Assembly (NCBI GenBank): GCA_038064495.1
Contig: JBBTSZ010000002.1
Span: 280,934-344,933, forward strand
Reading direction: 5' to 3'
DNA: 64,000 nt
Origin: Patescibacteria group bacterium
GTDB taxonomy: Bacteria > Patescibacteriota > Minisyncoccia > Phycocordibacterales > Phycocordibacteraceae
Of this stretch, positions 1-9,911 are shown piece after piece (position 1 is the first letter of the stretch; each line of letters opens with the position of its first letter). The notes beneath the pieces were generated by a model, which was given only the letters and a program-made list of their open reading frames with translations, did not search any database and was not told where the DNA came from. A program made the position numbers and the translations under genes.

Positions 1-1012
1 CGGGGGTTGGTACTTTGTCGCTAAAAATACCCCGATCCCTCCTCCGATAGAAAAAACACCCATTACCGCTACTACCCTCCAGAAGTCACTTTTCGTACAG
101 AAAGCAGGAGCAGGAGCAGAGACGGAAGTTGAGACTTCAGCTACGGTGTATGCGGGCGATACGCTTCATACGCTTCACACCGGACGCGGATTACTCGCCT
201 CAATAAACGGGACGCAAACCCTTCTTGACTACGACACCGAGCTTACGATTCAAGAGCAGGACGCAACGGGTAGCAAGCAAAGTTATGAACTAACGTTTGG
301 CAGTGTGTGGGCACGAGTACAAAAAGTCCTCGGACAAGGCGAGTATTATGAAATTCAAACCCAGAATGTTGTTGCTGCAGTGCGCGGTACCTCTTTCTCG
401 GTTACCTATCGAGATCACGTAACGACGGTCGTGGTAGTTGAAGGTATGGTGAGCCTCACTCCACTTGACCCACTAACGCACAAGCGACTTACTGAGAAAG
501 AAGTCGTGGTACCAGCGGGTAGCAAAGCAACCATTACAGACGAAGGAGTAATTACGGTGACGTCGCTCACACAAACAGATAAGAAATCAGAGTGGTATCG
601 CTTCAATATGGGTATACGGCAGACACCCCTTTCTACCACAAGCGTAACTGCCCCTACCACAAGCGCGCCTTCCTTACCTACACCAATACCCGTTGAGCCG
701 CAGGTTCCCGTAGTAAAACCGCTTTCTCTGACATCAGTTTCTCCAACCACGGTTGTTTCGCCAAAGCGAGTTACGCTTCGCGGAAGTGGTTTTAGTAAAT
801 TGTCTGAACTTGTTGTGGGAGGCTACAACATACCGAACCGGGATATCACTGTTGAAAGCGATGTGGGTCTCACCTTTAGTACGGAGTCAGTTCCAGCGGG
901 TGTCTACAGTGTGACGGTGATTGATACTGACCAGGGAACAAAAACGCTTGCGCGTGCTCTTACGGTTGAAGCTCCCCCTCAACAACAAACTCCCTACAAC
1001 CAAAAACCCTAA
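1..1012 (+). CDS. FecR-domain protein with C-terminal IPT/TIG-like Ig segment; 5' end probably outside window
   Basis: The reading frame is open from base 2 to the stop at 1010-1012, and GTG at 146 is only the first in-window start. Motif VAAVRGTSFSVTY is a FecR-type fold, followed by a Thr/Pro-rich linker and a TIG-like segment (VTLRGSGF...YSVTVID). It lies 4 nt upstream of a CHASE2 cyclase, which is the usual FecR/CHASE2 pairing. Confidence 0.55.
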   Translation, partial: GGWYFVAKNTPIPPPIEKTPITATTLQKSLFVQKAGAGAETEVETSATVYAGDTLHTLHTGRGLLASINGTQTLLDYDTELTIQEQDATGSKQSYELTFGSVWARVQKVLGQGEYYEIQTQNVVAAVRGTSFSVTYRDHVTTVVVVEGMVSLTPLDPLTHKRLTEKEVVVPAGSKATITDEGVITVTSLTQTDKKSEWYRFNMGIRQTPLSTTSVTAPTTSAPSLPTPIPVEPQVPVVKPLSLTSVSPTTVVSPKRVTLRGSGFSKLSELVVGGYNIPNRDITVESDVGLTFSTESVPAGVYSVTVIDTDQGTKTLARALTVEAPPQQQTPYNQKP

Positions 1013-1015
1013 CTC

Positions 1016-2908
1016 ATGAAAAAGCGTCGAGTACTTTTCCTTCTCGTCTGCATCGCCGCTCTCGTCTCTGGCCTACTACACTACTCAGGCTCGCTAGAAA
1101 GCACCCAGGAGAAAATTTACGATCGGTTTTTTGTGCGTGCCACACCACCAGCTGACGTTGTTATCTTTGCGATTGATGACGAAAGCCTGAAGGAACTCGG
1201 TGGCTGGCCACTTCCACGCTCCGTGCTTGCACAGGCACTTGGAAATTTACAAGGTACACGCGCGGTTGCTTTTGACCTCATTCTTGCTGACCCCTCCTCT
1301 CGTGGAGTAGCGGATGATGCAATACTCGCACAGGCACTGCGTGACTCATCGGTCCCGGTTATTATCCCATTTCAATTTGATGAACGTGGTTTAAAAACCA
1401 CTGAGCCACTGCCTGCTTTTTCTAGTCACAGCACGCGTGCGTATGTGAATTTGTCACTAGATAGTGATGGCGCTATCCGCTCGTATCAGCCAAAGCGCGA
1501 AGGAGAAATGAGTATGTCGGCTTCGCTTCTTCCTGACGTTAATTCTATTCCTTCCGCCGTTCGTATCCGCTACTACGGTCCAGCAAGCACTGTCCTTACT
1601 ATTCCATTTATTGATCTGTACAGAGGCGCAGTGCCCGAATCGGTACTGAACGGTAAAACCGTATTCGTAGGAGTAACCGCGCCTGACCTACACGACATTG
1701 TGCAGACACCGTTTGGTGCAATGCCGGGTGTAGAAGTACAGGCAAGTGCATACGCAACCCTTGCGCAAGGGACGTATTTTAAAGAGACGTCTCCGGTTGT
1801 CTTGGTTCTCCTCCTCCTTGCCGTAGCTCTCCTTGCCGCTTGGTTTATTACGAGCATTTCTCGTCTGTGGCTTCTGGCAGTTCTCCTTACCAGTAGCTTC
1901 GTTCTCATCACACTTGCATCTGCAATACTGTTTGGCTCTCATATCCTGTTCCCAAATCTCACCGTTACTCTTTCATTCGTACTTTCCACTGCGCTCGTGC
2001 TTACGTACCAATACCTTACCGAGTCTAAGGAACGAAAATTCATTCATGATACATTCCAGCACTACCTCATGCCGGAAGTTATTGCTCAGCTGATGGAGCA
2101 TCCTGAAAAATTGGCACTTGGGGGTGAACGACGAAAGCTCACGATTCTGTTTTCTGATATTCGTGGATTCACCACAATATCTGAGGGCATGACACCTGAG
2201 GTACTCATGGAATTCATGAACGAGTATTTGTCAGCAATGACTGATGTCGTTATGGAGTCACGCGGTCTCGTAGATAAATACATTGGCGACGCCGTAATGG
2301 CTTTCTGGGGAGCTCCCATTGAGAACGCACACCAAGCAACAGATGCCTGTCGAAGTGTGCTGGGTATGGCTCGCGAGCTCGAGAAGTTGAATCGCTCATG
2401 GGAAGCACGGGACCTTCCTCGGATACAGATTGGAGTGGGTATTACTACCGGAGACGTAACGGTGGGTAATATGGGTTCCCGCAAACGTTTCAACTACACC
2501 GTGATGGGTGACGAAGTAAACTTCGCGTCACGTCTCGAGGGCCTCACTAAAGTGTACGGCGTAGTGTGTCTTATCAGTGAAGCGGTTGCGCAAGAAATTG
2601 TAGACAGCACTGAGTTCCGTACCCGTGAACTTGACCTGGTGATTGTAAAAGGAAAGAAGGAGCCGAAAGTCATATACGAGCTCATCACGAAACCTGTGGA
2701 TGAGCAGCTTGAAAAAACACTTGTAAGTTTCAAGGAAGGTAGGCAAGCATATATGAAAGGTGATTGGCAGGCTGCGCTCACTCATTTTGAAAAAGCGCAG
2801 ACCTATAGCGCGGACGGTCCAAGCAAACTGTTTGCTGAACGCTGTAAGCAGTTGCTTACGGATCCACCGAATGTGTGGAATGGTGTATACGAATTTACAA
2901 CAAAGTAG
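1016..2908 (+). CDS. CHASE2-sensor class III adenylate/guanylate cyclase with C-terminal TPR-like tail
   Basis: An N-terminal TM helix is followed by a CHASE2-like extracytoplasmic domain, a 3-helix TM block, and a cyclase core (ILFSDIRGFTTISE, KYIGDAVMAFWGAP, GDEVNFASRLE). The C-terminus reads WQAALTHFEKAQ. Confidence 0.8.
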   Translation: MKKRRVLFLLVCIAALVSGLLHYSGSLESTQEKIYDRFFVRATPPADVVIFAIDDESLKELGGWPLPRSVLAQALGNLQGTRAVAFDLILADPSSRGVADDAILAQALRDSSVPVIIPFQFDERGLKTTEPLPAFSSHSTRAYVNLSLDSDGAIRSYQPKREGEMSMSASLLPDVNSIPSAVRIRYYGPASTVLTIPFIDLYRGAVPESVLNGKTVFVGVTAPDLHDIVQTPFGAMPGVEVQASAYATLAQGTYFKETSPVVLVLLLLAVALLAAWFITSISRLWLLAVLLTSSFVLITLASAILFGSHILFPNLTVTLSFVLSTALVLTYQYLTESKERKFIHDTFQHYLMPEVIAQLMEHPEKLALGGERRKLTILFSDIRGFTTISEGMTPEVLMEFMNEYLSAMTDVVMESRGLVDKYIGDAVMAFWGAPIENAHQATDACRSVLGMARELEKLNRSWEARDLPRIQIGVGITTGDVTVGNMGSRKRFNYTVMGDEVNFASRLEGLTKVYGVVCLISEAVAQEIVDSTEFRTRELDLVIVKGKKEPKVIYELITKPVDEQLEKTLVSFKEGRQAYMKGDWQAALTHFEKAQTYSADGPSKLFAERCKQLLTDPPNVWNGVYEFTTK

Positions 2909-2926
2909 ACTGTCACAATTTCTCGT

Positions 2927-3700
2927 ATGATTTCACTCCTCATACCACTCTCCATACTCCTTGCGTACATGACCTTCTTGTATGTCATTGCGCTTCTTGC
3001 GAAGAACAATGCACTTGCGGACGTGGGTTATGGTATCGGTTTCAGCATTCTTTCGGTGGCGACGGTGTTTAATGCACCGCTTGCCTCAAGTGGCTCGCTT
3101 ATCTTGGTTGCGCTTGTGGCACTCTGGGGAAGTCGTCTCTCACTTCGCATCTTCACCAAGAACCGCGGCAAACCGGAAGATTTTCGATACAAGGCTTGGC
3201 GGGACGAATGGGGTGACCAATTCGCACTTCGCAGTTTCCTCCAAGTGTTTATGCTTCAAGGGTTGATTATCTTTCTCGTCGCGCTTCCGGTGACGCTTGC
3301 GCTCACGCATCCTAACTTCTTGCACTCACCACTCTTTACGTTCGGGTTTCTGGTGTGGTGCGTTGGCTTTCTCCTTGAGGCAGTCGGTGACTACCAACTT
3401 GATGCCTTTATCACAAAGTCTGAGAATACGGGAAAGATTATGCAGTCGGGACTCTGGAAGTACACCCGCCACCCAAACTACTTTGGCGAGAGCGTCATGT
3501 GGTGGGGAATTGCAGTATCCGCTTCAAGCATAACAACACTCCCTCTTTTGTGTTTCGTAAGTCCCGTCCTCATTACGTATCTGTTGCTCCGCGTCTCCGG
3601 TGTACCGCTTCTTGAAAAGCGATGGGAAGGGCGTTCAGATTGGGAAACATATAAAGCAAAAACACCCGTATTTATTCCTCTTATAAAAGAATTCAAATAA
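2927..3700 (+). CDS. DUF1295 / steroid 5-alpha-reductase-like (ICMT-fold) membrane protein
   Basis: Polytopic membrane protein with the signature WKYTRHPNYFGE near the C-terminus. Confidence 0.6.
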   Translation: MISLLIPLSILLAYMTFLYVIALLAKNNALADVGYGIGFSILSVATVFNAPLASSGSLILVALVALWGSRLSLRIFTKNRGKPEDFRYKAWRDEWGDQFALRSFLQVFMLQGLIIFLVALPVTLALTHPNFLHSPLFTFGFLVWCVGFLLEAVGDYQLDAFITKSENTGKIMQSGLWKYTRHPNYFGESVMWWGIAVSASSITTLPLLCFVSPVLITYLLLRVSGVPLLEKRWEGRSDWETYKAKTPVFIPLIKEFK

Positions 3701-3716
3701 GCGGTATACTTTTCAT

Positions 3717-3902
3717 ATGAATATCTTCAAAACAAAAGCACTTGCTTGGTGGCAGATAAGCTTACTCAAATTCTGTGTGCTCTCGTTTGGCCTGGTCGTT
3801 GGTGCGCATTTCTCATCAGTCATTCTCCCATATACAACCTTTCTCCTCACGATTGGCGTAGTGCTTGCGATCTATCTTGGTTACATCTGGTTCAAGAAAT
3901 AG
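3717..3902 (+). CDS. small two-TM membrane protein
   Basis: 61-aa ORF with two hydrophobic helices, 16 nt downstream of the previous gene. No homology recognised. Confidence 0.3.
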   Translation: MNIFKTKALAWWQISLLKFCVLSFGLVVGAHFSSVILPYTTFLLTIGVVLAIYLGYIWFKK

Positions 3903-4039
3903 TGTGCACAAAATAGGAGCGCGCCTTTGTGAACAGACAGCGATGAGTTAATTGATTAGCTCCCCATTTGTTGTAGAATATCGTTCGCTGCTCTTTTCAT
4001 GGGGCACGAATAGACTTGATACAAACAGGGAGAAACAAC

Positions 4040-4573
4040 GTGACAGAATTGGCACTTGTCGGCCACATAGCTGACACACGTACACGGCATGCTGCAAGTC
4101 GTGGGACAAATGAACCCGCCCAGCTGCTGATTGAAATATCACCCGCGATACCGTTACGGGTCGTGGGTTTGCGAAACGATACCGGGCTTTACATTGCTGA
4201 ACGTTCTTGGATTTTGCGAAAGCTTTTCCGCTGGGCACTTACCCGAGCGAAGCGGCGATACGAACGCATCGACATCACGCTGAAGGCGTATCGACTGGTT
4301 CGGCCAGCTACTGAGGTGGAAATACGTTCGGCACTTCAGCCGAACTACGCATTCACCGAGCTTCAGGCAAATACCTGTATCCAGCAACTCATTGATCGGC
4401 ATATACTTGAGCCTGAGAAGAGCTTTCTGAGCAAATCTACCCGCAATGTGTTCTTCACCAGGCGTCCACTGTTGTTGTACAGCTATTACGGGAAGGACGA
4501 CTGGTTCGTAGATTCTGAAGAGTCACACGCCGGAAAATGGGAAATCGGTGCGATTATTTTTGCTCACACCTAA
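4040..4573 (+). CDS. hypothetical protein (GTG start)
   Basis: In-frame GTG preceded by AGGGAG at 6-nt spacing; the ORF tracker's TTG start at 4016 has no SD. Followed by a compound hairpin plus T-run at 4595-4640. No recognisable domain. Confidence 0.3.
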   Translation: MTELALVGHIADTRTRHAASRGTNEPAQLLIEISPAIPLRVVGLRNDTGLYIAERSWILRKLFRWALTRAKRRYERIDITLKAYRLVRPATEVEIRSALQPNYAFTELQANTCIQQLIDRHILEPEKSFLSKSTRNVFFTRRPLLLYSYYGKDDWFVDSEESHAGKWEIGAIIFAHT

Positions 4574-4594
4574 TCCCCGCACGAACTGCAACAA

Positions 4595-4640
4595 CCCCTT
4601 TCTGTCTCGCACCTCAGGTGCAGGGCGGGAAGGGGTTTTA
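4595..4640 (+). terminator. compound hairpin terminator
   Basis: Outer stem cccctt/aagggg encloses an inner gcacc-tca-ggtgc hairpin, followed by TTTT. Confidence 0.35.
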
Positions 4641-4714
4641 TGTTTGACATTCCGCGACTTATATGTAATGATAATGAAGGAATATTTCACGTTTCAACAA
4701 AGAGGGGAAATGCG

Positions 4715-5191
4715 ATGAGCGAAATGCTCACAACGAAAGTACTCGGCCCGACAACATCCATTGAGTTGGATTTTGTACCAAGGATGCTTACGCCATTTAC
4801 GGCAACAGTACCAGTTTCGTTTTGTAGGCGTTTTGAATCTGACGTCCTTCAACGTGCCAAAGCAACATACCTTTCGCGTACTGTTCTCACGGCATATCCC
4901 GTGATGGGTGACTTCTCGGACGACGACATCATTGCCTCACTTCCAGATGGTTATTTCTTTTCGGAATGGGAAGTCTGCGCGCGCCTCCAACAGCTTGCTG
5001 AACTGCAACCACGTGACGTTGAAGGGTACCTGATTCCTGGCGAACGTCCAAATTTGTTCTATCTTCGTGACTCAGTGGTAGAAATGAAAAATCGTTTTGC
5101 CAAAGGATGGCACGCATCTGTGTATCCGAAGAATGAGCTCCCGTGGGACAAATGGACGCAAGTGGTTTCGCGAACACCACCTACTTGTTGA
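4715..5191 (+). CDS. hypothetical protein
   Basis: ATG preceded by AGAGGGGA SD. The ORF tracker's longer 4640 start lacks an SD. No recognisable domain. Confidence 0.4.
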   Translation: MSEMLTTKVLGPTTSIELDFVPRMLTPFTATVPVSFCRRFESDVLQRAKATYLSRTVLTAYPVMGDFSDDDIIASLPDGYFFSEWEVCARLQQLAELQPRDVEGYLIPGERPNLFYLRDSVVEMKNRFAKGWHASVYPKNELPWDKWTQVVSRTPPTC

Positions 5192-5253
5192 ACCAAAACC
5201 CTCGCACCAGCGGTGCGGGGGTTTTTCATATCTACGTCTGCTACACTCTCTTT

Positions 5254-5973
5254 ATGCATCACGTCCATAAGTCCGTACACCACGAGCTTCATACCAATGT
5301 GTCCGCAGGTCGTCAAAATTGGCTTCGCGCTGCGGTACTTGGTTCAAACGATGGCATTGTCTCACTCTCAGCCCTTGTGGTGGGCGTTGCCGGAGCGTCT
5401 GCAAGTCCGCACACACTCCTTGTCACCGGTGTTGCTGGGCTTCTTGCCGGAGCCCTTTCCATGGCCGTTGGTGAGTATATTTCCGTGAGTAGTCAGCGGG
5501 ATACCGAGCGCGCACTTCTTGAAAAGGAACGGTACGAGTTGGAACATTATGCCGATACGGAACTTGATGAGCTCACCTCGCTCTATGAGCAGAAAGGGTT
5601 ACGCCCTCAAACAGCACGTACGGTAGCAGAAGAGCTCACCAAGCACGACGTGTTTGCCGCCCATGTGGATGCAGAACTCAACATAGACCCGGAGAATCTT
5701 ACGAGTCCGTGGCAAGCAGCCTTTGCCTCTGCTGCTTCGTTCACTATTGGCGCTCTCATTCCGCTCCTCGCCATTGTGCTCCCGTCTCCAAGTATCCGTA
5801 TTCCCGTCACGTTTATCGCCGTACTCCTTGCGCTTATTGCAACTGGTGTTCTCTCTGCTCGAGTTAGTGAGACTAAGACCCTTCCTGTGACAGCTCGCAC
5901 GGTATTTGGTGGAGTGCTCGCTATGGCAATTACCTTTGGTATCGGAAGCCTGTTTAACGTACCGGCTATATAA
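5254..5973 (+). CDS. VIT1/CCC1-family Fe/Mn transporter
   Basis: Shows RQNWLRAAVLGSNDGIVSLSALVVGVAG, an acidic cytoplasmic loop and C-terminal TM helices typical of the VIT family. Start chosen at the Met preceding the His-rich N-terminus; 5143 is also possible. Confidence 0.7.
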   Translation: MHHVHKSVHHELHTNVSAGRQNWLRAAVLGSNDGIVSLSALVVGVAGASASPHTLLVTGVAGLLAGALSMAVGEYISVSSQRDTERALLEKERYELEHYADTELDELTSLYEQKGLRPQTARTVAEELTKHDVFAAHVDAELNIDPENLTSPWQAAFASAASFTIGALIPLLAIVLPSPSIRIPVTFIAVLLALIATGVLSARVSETKTLPVTARTVFGGVLAMAITFGIGSLFNVPAI

Positions 5974-6012
5974 AAAAGTGGCCACAAGCTTGCGCTTGCG
6001 GCCACGTGTAGT

Positions 6013-6627
6013 TCAGGAATTCTTTTCGAGCACGAGCATCTCGGCGACGGCGATTTTCCCGTACAAATTCTTCAGGAAGTCGCAGTAGCCCCGGCCCGGG
6101 TCGGCGACGAAAATGTCACCATTTTCAACCTTCAAGGCATAGACCCAGTGTTGGCCGGCCTTGCCTGAGGCTGAGTGGTTCAGGCGAAGAACGACGAATC
6201 GTCCTTGCTTGAGCTCAGCTTCAATCAAGGCAGCCACGGTCGCGTCTGTGACGCGCACGCGAGCAACCGGGGTCAAGGGAAGCGCGGTACCGAGTTTCGT
6301 CGGCACAATACGACCCTCTTTGGTGACGAGACCTTTTGCTTCCAGATCCTGCACGAGCAGGAGCGGGTTGATAGAGGTATCGCCAGCGTGGAAAGCTGCC
6401 ATGGAAAGGGAAGTCACGAGACATCCCTTCCTGCCGATAGTAGAGCGACCAAGCCGAGCATGTCGCCACGCCGGGTCGCCCTGCGAAAAGAATTGAAAGA
6501 GCTTGTCAGTGACCGTCTGCGCCACTGTTTCTTGCACTTGCGGTGTCGATTGGTTCGACACCTCCTGCGCGTAACTTTTCGTGGTCGCAAAAAACATCAC
6601 GATCACGAAAAGGAGAATCTTTCTCAT
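6013..6627 (-). CDS. secreted papain-fold cysteine peptidase, C39-like
   Basis: Signal peptide MRKILLFVIVMFFATTKSYAQ, candidate catalytic Cys in GRKGCLVTSLSMA, His in GQHWVYAL, and Asp in FVADPG. Confidence 0.5.
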   Translation of the reverse strand: MRKILLFVIVMFFATTKSYAQEVSNQSTPQVQETVAQTVTDKLFQFFSQGDPAWRHARLGRSTIGRKGCLVTSLSMAAFHAGDTSINPLLLVQDLEAKGLVTKEGRIVPTKLGTALPLTPVARVRVTDATVAALIEAELKQGRFVVLRLNHSASGKAGQHWVYALKVENGDIFVADPGRGYCDFLKNLYGKIAVAEMLVLEKNS

Positions 6628-6749
6628 AAAACCTCCTTTTACAGTGATGAGAAGACTCTAACTATATAACATTTTGAAAGTACTATGTCAAGGACTCGTA
6701 CCGGGGATAGCGGAAAACTTCGGTTTATGGAGCACGTAGCGTAAAATAA

Positions 6750-7832
6750 ATGCACATGAAAGCTCCTCAGGTGGCCTCAAAAGGACCCCTCTATCTTGGT
6801 GGGGCGCTCCTCGCAACCGTTCTTCTTATCTTCATCGTGTTGCCTGAAGTGTTTGCAGGCAGGTATGACAGTGCTCAAGCACAAGGAACCTCTACCGTGA
6901 AAGCTATCTTCAATAAAGTAGCGGACGCACCCCCAACCCTTGATACCAAAGACTATGACCGCCGCATGCTTAAGCTTGCCAACTACGCAAGTACCACTGC
7001 AAGCACGACACGTGCGTGGCCGGTAAAGGGTCCCTATCCAAAAGTCGGAGCCGTTCTCCCGTTTAAACGCATTGTTGCATACTACGGTAACTTCTATTCA
7101 ACCAAGATGGGGGCGCTCGGAGAATATCCACCTGACATCATGGTTCAGAAGTTGGATCACGAGGTGAAAGTGTGGGCTGCTGCTGACCCGTCTACACCGG
7201 TCGTGCCTGCCATTCACTACATTGTAACGACTGCACAGGGTACCGCTCAGGCAGACGGCACGTATCGTCTTCGGATGCCCGCCGCACAAATTCAAAAAGC
7301 TATTGATCTTGGAAATCAAATACACGGACTCGTCTTCCTTGATATACAGGTCGGCCTCTCTGACCTACCGCGTGAACTTCCGCGTCTTGAGCCGTATCTC
7401 AAACAACCAAACGTGCACCTTGCCGTTGATCCTGAATTCGCGATGCATAATGGGGTGAAGCCGGGACGTGTCATTGGCACGATGGACGCCGTCGATATAA
7501 ATTACGCAACCACCTTCCTTGCTCGTATTGTGAAGGAAAATAATCTTCCACCAAAAATCTTGGTCATTCATCGGTTCACTGAAGATATGGTGACCGGCTA
7601 CAAACGAATTACCCTTCAGCCAGAAGTGCAGATAGTCATGGACATGGATGGCTGGGGATTTGGTGCAAAAAAGATAAATACCTACAAGCGGGTCATTACA
7701 CAGGAGCCCGTACAGTTCACTGGATTTAAATTATTCTATAAAAACGACCTCAAACCGCCCTCTACACGCCTTTTGACTCCACAAGAAGTGCTGAGTCTTA
7801 CACCTGCGCCAAGTTATATTCAGTACCAGTAG
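6750..7832 (+). CDS. membrane-anchored extracytoplasmic protein, possibly TIM-barrel glycoside-hydrolase-like
   Basis: N-terminal TM anchor followed by a ~320-aa soluble domain (LVFLDIQVGLSD...HLAVDPEF). Family not firmly recognised. Confidence 0.45.
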   Translation: MHMKAPQVASKGPLYLGGALLATVLLIFIVLPEVFAGRYDSAQAQGTSTVKAIFNKVADAPPTLDTKDYDRRMLKLANYASTTASTTRAWPVKGPYPKVGAVLPFKRIVAYYGNFYSTKMGALGEYPPDIMVQKLDHEVKVWAAADPSTPVVPAIHYIVTTAQGTAQADGTYRLRMPAAQIQKAIDLGNQIHGLVFLDIQVGLSDLPRELPRLEPYLKQPNVHLAVDPEFAMHNGVKPGRVIGTMDAVDINYATTFLARIVKENNLPPKILVIHRFTEDMVTGYKRITLQPEVQIVMDMDGWGFGAKKINTYKRVITQEPVQFTGFKLFYKNDLKPPSTRLLTPQEVLSLTPAPSYIQYQ

Positions 7833-7903
7833 CGAGGTGGAAAACGTAAGGAACGTCGCTTGTTGACGGTAGACTTTCGGTATAGCTCTTAATTTACTAA
7901 CGT

Positions 7904-8173
7904 ATGACACACCTACCACCCATTAAAGTTGGTCTCGTCTTCGGGTTATTTCTCGCACTCCTGCATATCGCATGGTCTACACTTGTGGCTCTCCACCTCG
8001 GTCAACTTCTGCTTAATTTCTCTCTACGCATGCACATGATCCGGCCTGCATTCACGGTGGAACCATTTGATATAGGGCGAGCACTTGGACTCGTCATTAT
8101 TGCTTTTTGTATTGGTTACATTGTGGGACATGTGTTCGCTAAAATATGGAACCTGGTCGCGCACGGGTCGTAG
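7904..8173 (+). CDS. small membrane protein
   Basis: 89 aa with three hydrophobic helices. Confidence 0.35.
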   Translation: MTHLPPIKVGLVFGLFLALLHIAWSTLVALHLGQLLLNFSLRMHMIRPAFTVEPFDIGRALGLVIIAFCIGYIVGHVFAKIWNLVAHGS

Positions 8174-8944
8174 CTACAGACCGAGTGACGTAAGAAATGT
8201 AGAGAGTTCCTTTCCTTCAAGACGCCTATAGCCACCGACAGGGAGATTCCCCAAGGTAACATTCAGTATAGAAAGTCGTTTCAGGTCCCGTACCTCGTTG
8301 TGCATAGCGACCACCATACGCCGAATTTGATGCTTTTTACCTTCGGTAAGAGTAATGCGAAACTTTGATTCACCCGTCACTTCTACATGCGCCCTACGTG
8401 TCACGTAGCCTTCAATATCAACCCCCTTTTCCATGTGCTCAGCAAATGAAGGGCGTAGAGGTAGTTTCGTTGTCACCTCATAGGTTTTGCTGTGGTCCCG
8501 ATCCGGGTGGAGAAGTCGGTCCGTAACCCTCCCATCATTCGTAAGAAGTAAGAGCCCTGCGGAAGCTTTATCAAGACGGCCAAGTGGAAACAGGCGGAGC
8601 CGCTTCAAATCACTCGGAAGCATAGCAAGCACATCTTGCTCACCCTTTTCTTCTGACTGGGTCACAAGTCCTTTGGGCTTGTTGAAGGCGAGGTACACGT
8701 AGGTACGTAGCGGGCGTGATTTCACCTCCACGACATCCGTTTCCTCCACCTTATCTCCAAGCACGGCTTTCTTACTGTTGATAGTCACTAAACCCTTTTC
8801 GATAAGGGTATCGGCATCACGCCTCGTAGCATGTCCTTGGTGCGCAAGGAATTTGTTTAACCGCATAGGATAGAGCGGAGTGGCGGGCTCGGGTGGAGGA
8901 ATACGACGCCGAGAAGGTACAGACATAGTGAGACTGTAGCACAA
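8174..8944 (-). CDS. pseudouridine synthase, RsuA/RluB family, with N-terminal S4 domain
   Basis: S4 motif MRLNKFLAHQGHATRRDADTLIEKGLVTING, then LAFNKPKGLVT and the catalytic-Asp block GRLDKASAGLLLLTNDG. The true start is probably an internal Met. Confidence 0.8.
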   Translation of the reverse strand: MCYSLTMSVPSRRRIPPPEPATPLYPMRLNKFLAHQGHATRRDADTLIEKGLVTINSKKAVLGDKVEETDVVEVKSRPLRTYVYLAFNKPKGLVTQSEEKGEQDVLAMLPSDLKRLRLFPLGRLDKASAGLLLLTNDGRVTDRLLHPDRDHSKTYEVTTKLPLRPSFAEHMEKGVDIEGYVTRRAHVEVTGESKFRITLTEGKKHQIRRMVVAMHNEVRDLKRLSILNVTLGNLPVGGYRRLEGKELSTFLTSLGL

Positions 8945-9045
8945 CGGACGGATGAAAGAGTACGGAAGGGACAGCGTCTAATTCTGTGGAAAACGTGGAT
9001 TGTAAACTTTGCGCGTTCGGACCGGCACGGTACCATAGGAGCACA

Positions 9046-9321
9046 ATGAACGACTTTCTCAAGATGGATATTTTCTTCGTGGTGGCCACGCTCGCCGTCG
9101 TTGTTTTGACACTCCTTCTTGTTGTGGTGCTCATTCGTGTACTTCGTATTCTTAAAAACATTGACCGCATTTCTCAGATGGTGGAAGAAGAGGGACAGAG
9201 AATCCGAGAAGATGTGGCTGATGTACGGGCAAAGATAAAAGAAGAAGGATTCAAACTCTTCAGTCTCTTCAATATTTTCAAACCCTCACTGAAACGACGA
9301 CGTTCTGCTAAGAAATCGTAA
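9046..9321 (+). CDS. small membrane-anchored protein, DUF948-like
   Basis: TM helix followed by a charged coiled segment. Confidence 0.35.
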   Translation: MNDFLKMDIFFVVATLAVVVLTLLLVVVLIRVLRILKNIDRISQMVEEEGQRIREDVADVRAKIKEEGFKLFSLFNIFKPSLKRRRSAKKS

Positions 9322-9335
9322 TTAACTTCATACCT

Positions 9336-9773
9336 ATGGCAACAAAGAAAACTACAAACAAGGGAGCTTCAGTAGCGAGTGCAGCTGCGCTCGCTGGTGC
9401 CGCAGCAGCAGGAGCTACGTATTATTTTTATGGTACTAAGAATGCAAAGAAACACCGCCAAGCAGCAAGTGCATGGGCGAAAGGTCTGAAGCGTGACGTC
9501 CTTAAGGGTGCTAAGTCCTTGAAGAAGATTGATGCAAAGACGGTCGCGCGCGTGGTGGATGATGCTGCATCAATGTACGAAAGCGCACGGGGTGTTACGA
9601 AAGCTGATGTGAAAAAGGCCGCGTCTGAACTTAAGAAGAATTGGAAGATGGTGGAGAAAGAACTCACCCCTTCTAAGGTCGTGAAGCGTGCTCTTGACGA
9701 AGGTATGAAGCACGCAACGAAAGCAGTAAAAACTGCTAAGAAAGCAGTTAGGAAAGCAACAAAAAAACGTTAA
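9336..9773 (+). CDS. Lys/Ala-rich basic protein
   Basis: 145 aa of low-complexity K/A-rich sequence, followed by a clean terminator. Confidence 0.45.
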   Translation: MATKKTTNKGASVASAAALAGAAAAGATYYFYGTKNAKKHRQAASAWAKGLKRDVLKGAKSLKKIDAKTVARVVDDAASMYESARGVTKADVKKAASELKKNWKMVEKELTPSKVVKRALDEGMKHATKAVKTAKKAVRKATKKR

Positions 9774-9798
9774 CGCTTGTTTTCTGTGTGCGAGAATA

Positions 9799-9832
9799 GA
9801 AAATCCCTCCCTGGGATTTTCTCCGTTTTTCT
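9799..9832 (+). terminator. rho-independent terminator
   Basis: Stem aaaatccc/gggatttt with loop tccct, followed by a T-run. Confidence 0.6.
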
Positions 9833-9911
9833 CGCGCGTAGGGCTTGGCTCTGTTAGCATAGAATCACGCGCCCGCGGGGTAAGAGTACCCGCTACAGCA
9901 CGTCATACTCA

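Noticed and set aside
3948-4402. Minus-strand ORFs (96 and 82 aa) in the 3.9-4.6 kb region
   Set aside because: No SD and they overlap the better-supported plus-strand GTG-start ORF. The whole interval is low confidence.
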